A stretch of 64,000 bases of DNA. Source: Octopus bimaculoides. Taxonomy: Eukaryota. The notes under the pieces are model-generated. The model searched no databases, was not told the origin of the DNA, and saw only the letters and a program-made list of their open reading frames with translations. Where the stretch lies: NCBI RefSeq assembly GCF_001194135.2, contig NC_068984.1, positions 36,862,986 through 36,926,985 of the forward strand. Direction: 5' to 3'. Both the position numbers and the translations under genes were made by a program. Below are positions 1-12,659 of this stretch, in pieces (the first letter of the stretch is position 1; the number at the start of each line of letters is the position of its first letter).

Positions 1-1759
1 ATTATTTTTGATAAATTTTTTTTTTTCATTTCACAAGAGTTTGTAAATTAAATAATGCACCTGATAATGTTGTGGACGACTAGCCGACATGCTCGTTTTT
101 TTATTCTATGAAGAAGTTTTACTCATCTTTAAATTTTTAACATTTAAAGCTGTATATTTTCGATGTATAGACTCCACAATTTACGTGATACGCCATTTAT
201 TTCATTGAATATTAAGCTGTATTTTGTCATTTTCACGGAAATAGTGTAGCTATTTTTGAGATCTGATAAAAGGAGGGACTTTTGCCTAGAGTAGAAAAAA
301 AAAAAGAATCATGTAGTTTCGCACCCCGTTCGACTCTGCTTAGCGAAGCTGTGACTGCTGAGTGTAAGTATTTACCTAGCATTGTAGTTCAAATATTGTT
401 TTAAATGTGAATTTTGAAATAAACACCTAACTTCTTATCATAATAAACTACTTACTAAATACAAAACAAAAAGCTAACTACATATCTGATGTAATCGACT
501 TCATGAAAATAACAGACGAATTTTATTCAAATCACACACGGTGTTTTAATATATAGGCCGAATTTTATACTCAGATGCATTATCTTAAAATATAAAACAC
601 GAAATGATTATTGTTCGAAATCCCTTGGATCGTAGGGATCTTCATTAGAGTCTATCTGAGATTTAAACAACAATATATATGATATAGACAGTAATAAATG
701 AACAACATACTAATATTTCTTTTCACAAGACAAATGGCTTATCAGCTACCTGGTGTATTTTTATTGCTTATTCTATTCTTGGTCTACATTTTTGTTGGGT
801 TGAGAATATTTAATGCCCTTTCAATGTTCCTTCATTCATTTAGATATGATCATCAATATTATACCGAATTATTCACGGCATATAATAAATCGACCTGATA
901 TAATCTCCTAAGCTGTTATATTTAAATGTGTGTTACTATGTGTCTTTAAACGGAACATGGACTTATATGTGTAATGTGTACATAATTGTTCATCCATCTG
1001 TGTATGAATGTGTCTGTGGTTATATTAAGATTCGACGGGCAAAAAAGATTACAAAATGTGATAAACTGATAAAACAAATACTTAAAATACGAATCAAATC
1101 AATAAAAACTATTGCAACAATTAAGATAAATTAAATAGATAGAAATGTATATTCAAATGGCAAATAAAATATGGTTTCAGTGATTTATTTTTCAAATATT
1201 CGTATTTCTGAGATTTCTCATTGGTTTACGGCGTAAGCAACTGATTTTGGTTTTATGTTTTGCAAAAGCATAAAAATTGGCAGGATTTCTTTTTTCTTTT
1301 CTTTAACTTTTCTTGTTTTTATAGCGTGTAGTAAATTTTTATCTCCATATATAATGTGGGATGTGTTGCAAAGATGTTTATGGTTCATTTGGAAAGAGAT
1401 AGATATTGTTTGCTCTTCTGAGGGAGGGATTAAATTGTAGGATATTATATTAGTTTCATCATATCATTGCAATCTATTATCTTTGTATAATAATATTACT
1501 ATTATGATGAATATTACCATTATTAACAATCGCATTATATTTATCAATATTATTACCTTTATTCAGATTATCATAACATGTTACTAATACTATTGTTATA
1601 GTTGATCTTGTTGATAGTATTTATATGACTAAGGTTGATATTATCTCAATATTAATATAATCAAACGTGTATGTACGCTTGGTATTAAGCACAAGGTTAA
1701 TATCCATGGATATTGTATAAACGAATGCGCAAGTGTCTTCAATTATGGCCGACTAAATC

Positions 1760-2060
1760 CTTAAGAGTGGATTTGGTAGACGAAAACTGAAAGAAATCCG
1801 TCGTGTAATTAGATACGTGTGTGTATGTGTGTGTGTGTGCGTGTGCATGTGTGTGTGTATGAGTCTGTGGCTGCGTCTGTGTTTGTCCCCACCCACCTCC
1901 ACCGCTTAGCAACCTGTACTGGCGTGTTCAGGACCCCTGTAACAGCGGTTAAGCTTTAAAAAATAAGTACTGGGGATGATTCTTTCGACTAAACTCTCCA
2001 ATTCGGTGCCCCACCATAGCTGCAGTCTAATGAGTGAAACAAGTAAAATATAAGAGATAA
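1760..2060 (+). mobile_element. Octopus-type SINE with an internal (GT)n tract
   Basis: 'gagtggatttggtagacgaaaactgaaagaaatccgtcg'-(GT)n-'ctgtgtttgtcccc...cagtctaatgagtgaaacaagtaaaa'. The same module recurs at 13810-14420 (+) and 32880-33200 (-). Confidence 0.8.
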
Positions 2061-2985
2061 AACGGCATTTTTGGTTGCATAATTCAAATTACATAATCAA
2101 CATTTACTGTCAAATCTTCAGATACGTGTAATTATTAAAGTAATATTATTGAAAGGAAAGTGTATCAGTAGAAATCAGATCGCGACTATATCCAATCTGC
2201 TCGTGAAATGCACGATAGAGATGTTAGAAGGAAAAGAAACAAAGTATAGAGTAAAATGAGACAGACAGGAAAACATGTTTTACCAGAATGTTATGAAATA
2301 GATGTGGCTGATAGATTTTGTTTCTTCCAATCCATTCTGTCCCTTTAATCTACGTTAAGGAAAGACTGACGTAAAATTTGTTGAGATGAGCATGAAGTGT
2401 GGTCAACTGTGTATTGTAGATATATTTATCCCAGCAGATGTAAACTTTTATTAAATACATATGCATACATATATACAGCCATACACACAGAAACACGCAC
2501 GCACGCACACACGCACACACGCACACACGCACGCACATATGTATATATGTATATGTGTGTACGTGGGTATATGTGTAAGTGAGTGTGTGTGTGTGTGTTT
2601 ATATATATATTCTTAGGGAATATATTAATTTGACTGGTATTTTATACCATTATTTATATATCTAAATATCCTGACACAATAGAAACGATCGGCGGTAATG
2701 TATGGTGCAATCACCAATTAAAGATGTGCTTTATTGTATTTTTTTTTTCATTTTTATTCTTATTCTAGTTCACTTATACTCTGAATTTCTTGAGATTCTA
2801 GGCGGTATTTGGATTTATTTATCATACATGAAGAATTATCTTGAATGTTTATTCTACTTGCATTTATTGGTATCTGATTTTTTGATATAGTTAAACAAAT
2901 TCATTTAAGACTGCATGATTTATAGATATATTATTAATTTATTAATTCCTTTTACTTCTTAGAAAATACTGTTTGTGAGTGTATG

Positions 2986-3016
<31 letters not shown>

Positions 3017-3769
3017 NNNNNNNNNNNNNNNNNNNNNNNNNNNNNNNNNNNNNNNNNNNNNNNNNNNNNNNNNNNNNNNNNNNNNNNNNNNNNNNNNNNN
3101 NNNNNNNNNNNNNNNNNNNNNNNNNNNNNNNNNNNNNNNNNNNNNNNNNNNNNNNNNNNNNNNNNNNNNNNNNNNNNNNNNNNNNNNNNNNNNNNNNNNN
3201 NNNNNNNNNNNNNNNNNNNNNNNNNNNNNNNNNNNNNNNNNNNNNNNNNNNNNNNNNNNNNNNNNNNNNNNNNNNNNNNNNNNNNNNNNNNNNNNNNNNN
3301 NNNNNNNNNNNNNNNNNNNNNNNNNNNNNNNNNNNNNNNNNNNNNNNNNNNNNNNNNNNNNNNNNNNNNNNNNNNNNNNNNNNNNNNNNNNNNNNNNNNN
3401 NNNNNNNNNNNNNNNNNNNNNNNNNNNNNNNNNNNNNNNNNNNNNNNNNNNNNNNNNNNNNNNNNNNNNNNNNNNNNNNNNNNNNNNNNNNNNNNNNNNN
3501 NNNNNNNNNNNNNNNNNNNNNNNNNNNNNNNNNNNNNNNNNNNNNNNNNNNNNNNNNNNNNNNNNNNNNNNNNNNNNNNNNNNNNNNNNNNNNNNNNNNN
3601 NNNNNNNNNNNNNNNNNNNNNNNNNNNNNNNNNNNNNNNNNNNNNNNNNNNNNNNNNNNNNNNNNNNNNNNNNNNNNNNNNNNNNNNNNNNNNNNNNNNN
3701 NNNNNNNNNNNNNNNNNNNNNNNNNNNNNNNNNNNNNNNNNNNNNNNNNNNNNNNNNNNNNNNNNNNNN
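3017..3769. other. Assembly gap. Other gaps: 9823-9870, 11729-12078, 23911-23920, 27421-27479, 34442-34528, 35506-35515, 43944-44360, 50235-51078, 52364-52437, 57459-58037
   Basis: Runs of N, most flanked by (TA)n, (CT)n or similar microsatellites. The X-rich long ORFs in the track are artefacts of these gaps. Confidence 1.
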
Positions 3770-3797
3770 GGAATTCTATTTTTCCATTCCGTATTAT

Positions 3798-3844
<47 letters not shown>

Positions 3845-5440
3845 GCTGTACTTTATATATATAGTTCAAATTTACAAAGGACAAAAGACGAAGACCTGTG
3901 AGCAGGTTTTACTTTGACACTCTAGAAGAATGGAAATGACTTTGAGTTTTCGAGCTTACACTCTTCGTCAGAAAAGGATGAGAGGAACAAAACGCTGAGA
4001 GAATGAAATATCAGAGAGACAATCACGCGCATATATACATATCCATAGGTAACAATAAAAATATAAACAAACGTACGATATTACTTCAGTTCTGTCTGTC
4101 TCCATCTATGTCTCTGCTTATTTTCTGTTATCTTACTGTTCTAGAAAGATTAAAAAGAAACTGAAAGATACAAAAAGATGGATTTTGATATCACACAAAA
4201 GGATTCTCGAATCCCTCGCAAACACACACTCTTATGTTCTTCCAAATTTATTCGAATTTAGTTTTTGTTTATACCACTCCTTTTCAAGTTCCTCTTTTTA
4301 TTTTTATTTTGCTTTAGGACGTATAAAAGATCGTGGTTTATTGGAAATTTGATTGCTACCTTTGAAATGAGATGTTGCACAAACATTTTTAAGAAGCGAT
4401 GAATAATAGTGCATTAGGTTTTGCAATTGTACGTTTCGTAGAATACAAGGCTACAGGGTTTTAATTCGTACATACTATTCACGCGCGCGCACGCATATGC
4501 ATTCATACGTGTGTGCGCTCGCTCGCGCATCTGTGTGTGTGCATATATAAATAGTGTGTGCGTATGTATACTTGAAATGCGTACACATTATACATCTACA
4601 ACCTAATTTTATAGGACTGATTGACAAATGACTCATTCTATTTTTAATATTCGAATCCTTTTAAAGGATTCCATAGTGATTTAGTATATTTGCCTATCGA
4701 ATTGATAACTGCTACGTATTTTGGTAATATGAGAGAAACCATAATGACACTTAAAAATAAAATACATATCCTAGAAATATCTTCCTTTCTCCGGTTCACA
4801 CAAGCGAGCGGCAAGGATTAATTTGTATTGGACAAACATATCCAGTTGTAAAAATAATGATTATTAAGTAGATTGCCTTGTTCCGATGTCATTATATGTA
4901 CTTATTTCCATCGGGATAGTAAACAAAACTTTCTCTTATATTAGTTCAGTTTGCAATAACTGAATATTACCAGCTGAAAACTGAAAAGTCAGGAAGAATA
5001 ACTGTGCACATGTTCAAACATGAACGCATACACACCTGCACACACACTCTGTACACATACACAGGTTCATATATATATTCTTATATACATCCGTACATGC
5101 ACACATACATATATGGTTAGGTGTTGTCCAGTGTTCCTTAATATGGTTAATTCATGGTAAAACAGTATCCCTTTTTTTTATTAGTTTCAGTCTCTTGACT
5201 GCGCTCATGCTACTGCAAGCGCTTCAAGTCTTTTTGCCGGTGATATCGACGCCAGTAATTGGGTATATATATTTTTTCTATATTGATCTCTGTTTATCGA
5301 AAGTACAAAGGTATCTTTTGTCCTGAAGAGATTTAAATCGACAACATGCAACACAGGAATGCTTTTCGGTATTTTGTCCGACGCACAGATTTCGCACCGA
5401 TTTACAAAATAACACATATACATTTGTATGTATAATTATA

Positions 5441-6154
5441 CGAGGTGCATTCCAGGAATTTGGCTTTTTTATGGAGAGACTTATGACTGTCTTAGATTAC
5501 TGTAATTTTAGTATATCATTACTAAACATCTAATAAGCTGACCTGCCAACATACCCTACTAAATGCTGTTTGTCGCATCTGACACGTTTGCAGAATGCAG
5601 TCGATGCATGAGGACAATGTAGAAGCTCGCTATGTAATAAATTTTTGTTTTAAATCGAGTAGAAACTCTACAGAATCATACGATGTACCCTAGGTTTTTT
5701 TGCTGATTAATTTGTATGGTTTTCTTTTTCGCTGGCACAAGAGGCCAGGCAAAGCAAGTCCACCGAGAAGTTTATGATGATACCCTTTTCGACAAGGCCA
5801 TACTTTCAACAAAGTGTACTTTCTGGCGGTTTTGAGAGAGTTAAGGAAGAGATTTTGCCGGAAAAGGTCAGTCTACCTGCATCTGGACCTTTCACTAATC
5901 CACATTTCCTTCCTGATAACTAAATACTTGACAAAGTGCAGGCCTTCTTCTCTGTATTTTTAGTTGTCACTTAAACTGAACGAGAAGATAAAGGAGGTTG
6001 TGACAAGGGTACTGGACACTTTTAATTTGGAACACTAAGAGGCTGGAGTCGTGCAAGTGAATTAGGTCAGAGTATCCTATTTGATGCTTATTAGAGATTT
6101 GTACTTCTTTTATATTAATGATAACGTTCCTGAGAAAGTCCAGAGTGCATCTCA
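5441..6154 (+). mobile_element. Internally deleted, decayed mariner transposon
   Basis: TA-flanked imperfect TIRs (cgaggtgcat / gtgcatctca). Transposase relics in order: RYVINFCFKSSRNSTESY (N-terminus), SKSTEKFMM, NKVYFLAVLRELRKRFCRKR, EKIKEVVTRVLDTF (C-terminus). Confidence 0.75.
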
Positions 6155-6157
6155 TAT

Positions 6158-6257
<100 letters not shown>

Positions 6258-6892
6258 ATGTACATGCTATGTTTGTTTCATTTAAAACCATAAGTTTTTG
6301 ATTAATGAGTTTAAATAACATATGCAATGCAGTAGGATTATTCTAAAGTGTAGCCACATCGAATCAGCCAACAGTCAAACGGCTGTGTATATATTGTCAG
6401 AAATAGAGACAAATAACTTTATGATTTTAATTCGTGGTACAGATTGAAGTTTCACTATTCCTGTCACTAACAAAGAATTTACTTTTATATAATTCCCCTG
6501 AAATAACATTTTCTCCTCTTTTATTTCTCATCAAACATAATAGCTTGTATTTTTACCTTTTCGGGTTAAAAACAATTTATTTATTGTTTAAAGTAAAGCA
6601 CACTGTGAAAATCCAAATCTAGTTAATGGTTAGTAATCTGTATTGTATTTATGAAAATTACTTTTCTCCAGTTGTCCGTAATAATCGGGTATGTTAAGTT
6701 CATTGAATTCTAGTCAACGTTAAGTATTTTATATCGGTAGTTTATTTTTTAACCATCTGTTACGCACACATGGATATCGTTATAACTCATTGATACAGCT
6801 AATGGACAATTACTGAATTTTAGTATCTATATTGGTCGTTATTTCGATCGTTACGCACAGTTAAGTCTCCCAAAACCACGTATAAACATAGG

Positions 6893-7034
6893 TCAGGTAA
6901 GATCAAGTATGGAGGCATACGCCGTTGCAGCGGAATCCACCATTTGCCTGTATTTGCTCGACTTTTCCCGGATAACCCTCCAAACCTCCCTCCTGTCAGT
7001 CCCCATCTCCGCAAGATAGTTCCTCATATGTTTT
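6893..7034 (-). CDS. Candidate terminal coding exon of an unidentified gene
   Basis: GC-richer than its flanks. Pyrimidine-rich tract then AAG acceptor; open frame (x)KHMRNYLAEMGTDRREVWRVIREKSSKYRQMVDSAATAYASILDLT* ending TGA at 6895-6893; AATAAA about 150 bp downstream. No family recognised. Confidence 0.4.
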
Positions 7035-9735
7035 CTTTATATATAAACATAGACAGCATAAAAGGAGAGATCAAGCAGACGAGTGATCAGTATTATATTA
7101 ATTTCAGGCTCAGAATGGTGTCTAAATTTTGAGAATAAAAACAAACCCTCCACATAAATCTAATAGAAAATACGAAATATTTATTGTATTCGAACTTTCA
7201 CACTAATCTTTCCTTTGAATGACAAATTATCATTTCTGCCCTACAAAGAAGAAAAGATGTGCCTCATTCTACTGGGCAAAAAGACTAGGGAAATGTAAAT
7301 GCTATAAACAAAATAATGGACAAAAATCACAAAATACTTCAGACCATCTCTGAATTTAGAATTAAAAATGCACAGAGGTTCGTCCCTAATTTTGATTTTA
7401 ATGATTCTGTATTTTTCGTTGATGATAATCTTTGGGTGTGCGATGATGTAATTTTGCTGCCAAACAAGTTTGGAGTCATCACGAGCAAACAAAACCTCCC
7501 CGGTTGAAATTAACTTCTCATGTGAATAACATTCATATTTCGCTAGATACAAACAGTTTGATGGATAAAGATATGCTTGAAAACTACTGCTTTTCATTTC
7601 CTTTTGTTGTCCCTGTTAACTTATCTTAAATAGCTTTGACAAAATGTTATCTTTATTCAAATGCTCTAATTCCATATACGCGTATTGATACGATAGGAGG
7701 ACACCAACACATACGTATATTGATGCTCGAAAAGACAAATAATAGTATACAATACCTAACTTTAACTAGATTTCAACATTCAACCTATGGTTCACTTTCA
7801 GATGAGAGAAAATCTTTTTCAAAATCATATTATAAAGTAATAAACTTCGTACGAACATCAACCCGATGGCTTACAATAAACAATTACTTCTAGGAAAAAA
7901 AATAAACTATATTATCAGACGACAACAATAGAAACGGAAAAGGAAAAAAATCTATATCTCAAGTAAATGATACTAAAATATTATATGTGCGTGAGTGTGT
8001 GATGAAAAATATAAATGATATGATACAACCCCTTTCAACTTCCACGTCACGTTGCTCCTGACTAAGAATTTCTTTGTCAGAACACACTACCTAATCACAC
8101 AAATAGTACGCTGCCTTCAACAAACATTTACTAAGCTAGTTCTAGTCACCAACTCCAAAATTCATTCAAACCCTATCAACAACCAACAGCAAAAAATTTA
8201 TACACATCTATCTGGTCGAATTTCTTGATCCTGTTACTGCAGAATCACAGAACTGCCTAATTAACAGAAATGTTTGTAAAAAAGATTACAATTTAACAAA
8301 CAATTTTCAGATAAGCGCTACATAGATTTAAGCATCAGACAAGATCAAATTCCATCCGCTCCTCGTGCCATGAAGTGTATCATTGTTTGTGTGTTATTTG
8401 TGTGTGTTGTGTGTATACAATGTATGTATATGTAGGTCGTGGTAGGAACCTTGAGGTTACGAGAAAAAGTTACAGTTACAAACACACTCACACACATAAG
8501 TACAAACAAGTGTGTGCGTGCGCATGCGTCTGTCAGAGAGAGAGAGAGAGAGAGAGTGAGTGTGTATGTGTCTCTGTCAGTTAGTATCTATTACCAAAAC
8601 ATGAAGTGAGACATTGCCCTGTGAATGAAATTTGATTTAGGAAAAGTGTGGAAACGTAGTTATTGTCTGCTTAGATGGACTAAAGTGAACAAAGAGAAAC
8701 TGAACATAACTGTCGAATATCTGAGTGATTTGTAGTGTTTTTGGTGATTTAGGAGTTCCTATGTTTTGCAAGTAGTGCGTGTTTCTATCTGTGTACGCGT
8801 GGTGATATGTCGTATGAGCAATTGAGTTGCTATTCTTATAAAATAAATATTAATATGATTATAAAGTAGTTTGTTGTGCTCATTAACAAAGAAAGCAGGA
8901 TAAGCTCAATTTGACAGCTAGTGTCAATTAAACAGAAGAGAAAGGGAGGTCTGAAGGCTTATTTGTAGGCGTTGAGTGCTTATGAGAAAGGATTTCTTTA
9001 GAATATAAAATCGATTTTTGTCCGTCGTGATGAGAGTTCAGAACTCATATTACTGTGTGTGTGTGTGTGTTTGGAGTAGTGTTATGATTGTGTGGATTGT
9101 TTGTGAATGAAGAATATTGGTGTGTGTAAATTTGTTTTTGGACACAATGAAATTCACCCAGTGGAATAAGGTGAATACGTGTTCAAAGATTTTCAAGGAA
9201 ATTTATTTATGGAAAGCGATGTGTGTTGTAAAATGTATAAGGAGTGGGTGCTTCGTAGAGTAACTCAAAACCATATGTTTGCTTATTTATAGGAGTGATG
9301 GAAAGAAAGCAAAAGAGAGAAGAAATGGAGGTAGGATGGGGTCAGACTATGACAGATAATGATTCACATAGATCATTAAGTGAAGATATTGATTCAAACG
9401 ATTGTAAGCTCACAAATACGGGGAGACATTATAAACTCTAGCAGGCACATACATGTGAATGATTTGATATTTAGATAAATCTCCGCATACTTATATAAAA
9501 ACACACATACATACACACCTACACATACACATGTCAATATATGTTTCTCGCGTTGGCACATGCATGAGAAAATAGACGCAAGAATCTGCAGATAGATGCA
9601 TAGATTCACACATGCAAAACTTTTATTATTAATCCATAACAGCACAAAGACAGATATATTATTTTATATGCGTGCTTCTATGTATGTGTGTATACCTATA
9701 TATATGTGTGTGTATACATACATATATATATATAT

Positions 9736-9736
<1 letters not shown>

Positions 9737-9793
<57 letters not shown>
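9737..9793. repeat. (GATA)n microsatellite
   Basis: Tetranucleotide run. Confidence 0.95.
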
Positions 9794-9794
<1 letters not shown>

Positions 9795-10149
9795 CACGCA
9801 TATATATATATATATATATATANNNNNNNNNNNNNNNNNNNNNNNNNNNNNNNNNNNNNNNNNNNNNNNNGAAACAACTTGAAGACGATCTCTGGACTAT
9901 CGTGAAGAAATTCCATCGTTTATCTTTAAGGAATAAACAATATAAGCTAAGAAATTCTCAACCTTGATAGGACACTTGTTCACTCAAATAAAACACGAAA
10001 CATATACACACTTACCAAGAATTACTACCTAGAATTGCTTAGGAAAGAAATACAAAAGAATTATAGGATTATTGGTAAAAGTGCTATGAGGAAAGCTAGC
10101 CTTGAGGCTAAGAATATTACGGAGAAATATGACTTACAACCAAGATATG

Positions 10150-10330
10150 AAAAGTGAAGGGAAAAATTGCTGCATCGGCATCCACTTGGTAATAATAATT
10201 CCTGAGTAGAGTGACGTAATCTGGAATTAAATATCTTGCGCATTGATAAAACCTGTACCCTATCAGAAATTCAGACTCATGATCTTATGTGCACGAGCCG
10301 AATATCTTAACCATTAGATTATGTGCCTTT
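10150..10330 (-). mobile_element. Decayed tRNA-headed SINE
   Basis: The minus strand reads 'aaggcacataatctaatggttaagatattcggctcgtgcacataagatcatgagtctgaatt', with A-box- and B-box-like motifs, followed by a decayed SINE body. Confidence 0.5.
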
Positions 10331-10871
10331 ACTAAAATGTCTAATATTTACACAATTACAGAGATGGAGCACTAAGCAGGGATAAGCGAAAACGCAATGT
10401 TATTATCAGTCCGAGCATGCTTGATGCACATTCGAACTGGGGAACAAGCTACTCGCTGCGTTTTGTCACAGAGAATAAATTTCGGTTGTTGACATATAGT
10501 GTGTATACACCTAGATCAGCTCGCAGCGCTATACGGCGGCTCACCGTAAGTAAAGTACGGAGCGGGAGCATTGAACCGTACAGTGCTGATAGTCATTGTA
10601 CGATGACTGGAAAAAAATAATAGTGCTAATCTCTTAATTCAGCTCGCAGTGCCATTTGCTTAGTGTCTGTAACCGATGCGGAGACAACTACTCCGAAATT
10701 TTAACATCCTACTATCTAAGTAGATGGCGCTGTGTGTGTGTTTATATGTGTGTGTATTTGTGTGTCTATCTCTGTCTCCTTGTGTGTGCTTGTCTATCCG
10801 TATTACCTATGTACTTATCTATCTATTTACTCACATATCCATTTACCTACACACACACACACAAACACACG

Positions 10872-10905
<34 letters not shown>

Positions 10906-11037
10906 CACACACATACACACACACATTTCTATATATTTTTATATATATATATATGTGCTTCGACATAACTGCCTACTAACAACTCTACTTGTGTATATTT
11001 AAACTGTGGGTATTGGGGTGTGACTACGTATAATTCA

Positions 11038-11656
11038 TATTTAGTACTGGGGATGTTTCATTTATGAGGACGTACTCCTGATTTTGTCTGAGTGTTGGGG
11101 CCTTCTGGTGCTTGGTTCAAATGCAGATGTCAAGTTGACCTAGCGTGCCTCCAAGTTGGTCTGGAGGACTCTTTTTTGTCTCAAATGGACATCTGGTCTC
11201 TCCGCAATGCTTGTAGATGTCTCACTTTTGTATATCATGTTCTTATCTTTACAAGCACACTCTATGCACCTTATACTGTAGGCTACATGTCTAGTTCTAC
11301 AGTAAATGCTAGGGGTAATCTTACATACTATGTAGATATCAATGGTGCATGTGTTATTCTCATATGGGTACGTCCTACGTAGTTGGGATCATATGGAAGT
11401 CCCTGGCGTTTCAATGAACTTAATGTTGAGTTTGGCCTCCTTCAGAGCTTTCCTAAATCTTCGGGCTAGTTCTCAATGGGCTGTGGCCTCTACAAACATT
11501 ACTCCTTGATATTTGTCGGTCGTGCATTACGTGTTCACCCAGTTTGCTTTGTCACAAACTCTTTGTATCCTATGCTAGGGCATGTATCACTAGACTCAAC
11601 ACTCAGATAAATACTCGAGTGCGTCCTCATAAATGAAACATCCCCAGTACTAAATA
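11038..11656 (-). mobile_element. Penelope-like element (PLE) fragment with 60-bp inverted termini
   Basis: One minus frame with two stops: GVMFVEATAH*ELARRFRKALKEAKLNIKFIETPGTSI*...CKITPSIYCRTRHVAYSIRCIECACKDKNMIYKSETSTSIAERPDVH, a Cys-rich linker plus degenerate GIY-YIG nuclease. Inverted repeats at 11038-11097 and 11597-11656 match at 54/60. Confidence 0.75.
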
Positions 11657-11697
11657 GGAAATATTTGTACAAGGTAGTCATACCCCAATACACACAG

Positions 11698-11728
<31 letters not shown>

Positions 11729-12659
11729 NNNNNNNNNNNNNNNNNNNNNNNNNNNNNNNNNNNNNNNNNNNNNNNNNNNNNNNNNNNNNNNNNNNNNNNN
11801 NNNNNNNNNNNNNNNNNNNNNNNNNNNNNNNNNNNNNNNNNNNNNNNNNNNNNNNNNNNNNNNNNNNNNNNNNNNNNNNNNNNNNNNNNNNNNNNNNNNN
11901 NNNNNNNNNNNNNNNNNNNNNNNNNNNNNNNNNNNNNNNNNNNNNNNNNNNNNNNNNNNNNNNNNNNNNNNNNNNNNNNNNNNNNNNNNNNNNNNNNNNN
12001 NNNNNNNNNNNNNNNNNNNNNNNNNNNNNNNNNNNNNNNNNNNNNNNNNNNNNNNNNNNNNNNNNNNNNNNNNNNNNNAGACCGGATAATTCTCAAAGGG
12101 GATTTACCGAAGTAACAAAAAGGTAAACGGGCAAGACTAGTGAAAATTACATTAAAAAAACACAATTATCTGTAAACATGTTTCGAAATTAATAGTTTCT
12201 TACCGAAAATATCTGTTTCTCATCAGTACAGACCGTTGGTTAAATACAATTTACAGGATCGCACACTAAGTTGTACGTCACAAGTGAAGCACGTGTGTAC
12301 GGTTTTATTAAATTATATTTATGGTAAGATTCAAAAGCCTTCGTTTTTGCGCGCTAAATCCGGAAATATCTCCGCAGAAAAAGTTCAGAGTTGTTAGTAG
12401 GCTGTTATGTTGACGTATGTGTGTGTGTAGCTAAACGGATATGTAAGTAAATAGATAGATGGGTACATAGGTAATACGGACAGACAAGCAAACACACACA
12501 TACACACATACATACACAAATGAAGACCGAAACACATGACCATATACGCACACGCACACTTGAAACACACTCACACAAAGATAAATATGGAGCCACACAT
12601 CTATACATAACAGCCGCATGTACATAGTCAGACAAACCCATACACATACACACATTCAA

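Noticed and set aside
698-898. Hydrophobic 66-aa ORF (MAYQLPGVFLLLILFLVYIFVGLR...)
   Set aside because: Hydrophobicity is expected from T-rich DNA; there is no donor site or recognisable family.
2975-3917. Long ORFs of 150-390 aa here and at 11650-12165, 43883-44452, 50081-51282 and 57303-58073
   Set aside because: They consist mostly of X from N-gaps plus microsatellite translations.
6825-6896. Plus-strand exon candidate IYIGRYFDRYAQLSLPKPRINIGQ|gtaag
   Set aside because: It overlaps the stop of the better minus-strand candidate and would need an unusually GC-rich intron start. Not excluded, but unsupported.
7241-7597. 118-aa minus-strand ORF with FNSKFRDGLK resembling a GPCR helix 8
   Set aside because: There is no NPxxY or preceding TM7, and one ORF of this length is plausible by chance in the window. 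Kept only as a possible upstream partner of the 6893-7034 exon.
11038-11097. Hammerhead core within the PLE inverted termini
   Set aside because: No CUGANGA in the required order on either strand.
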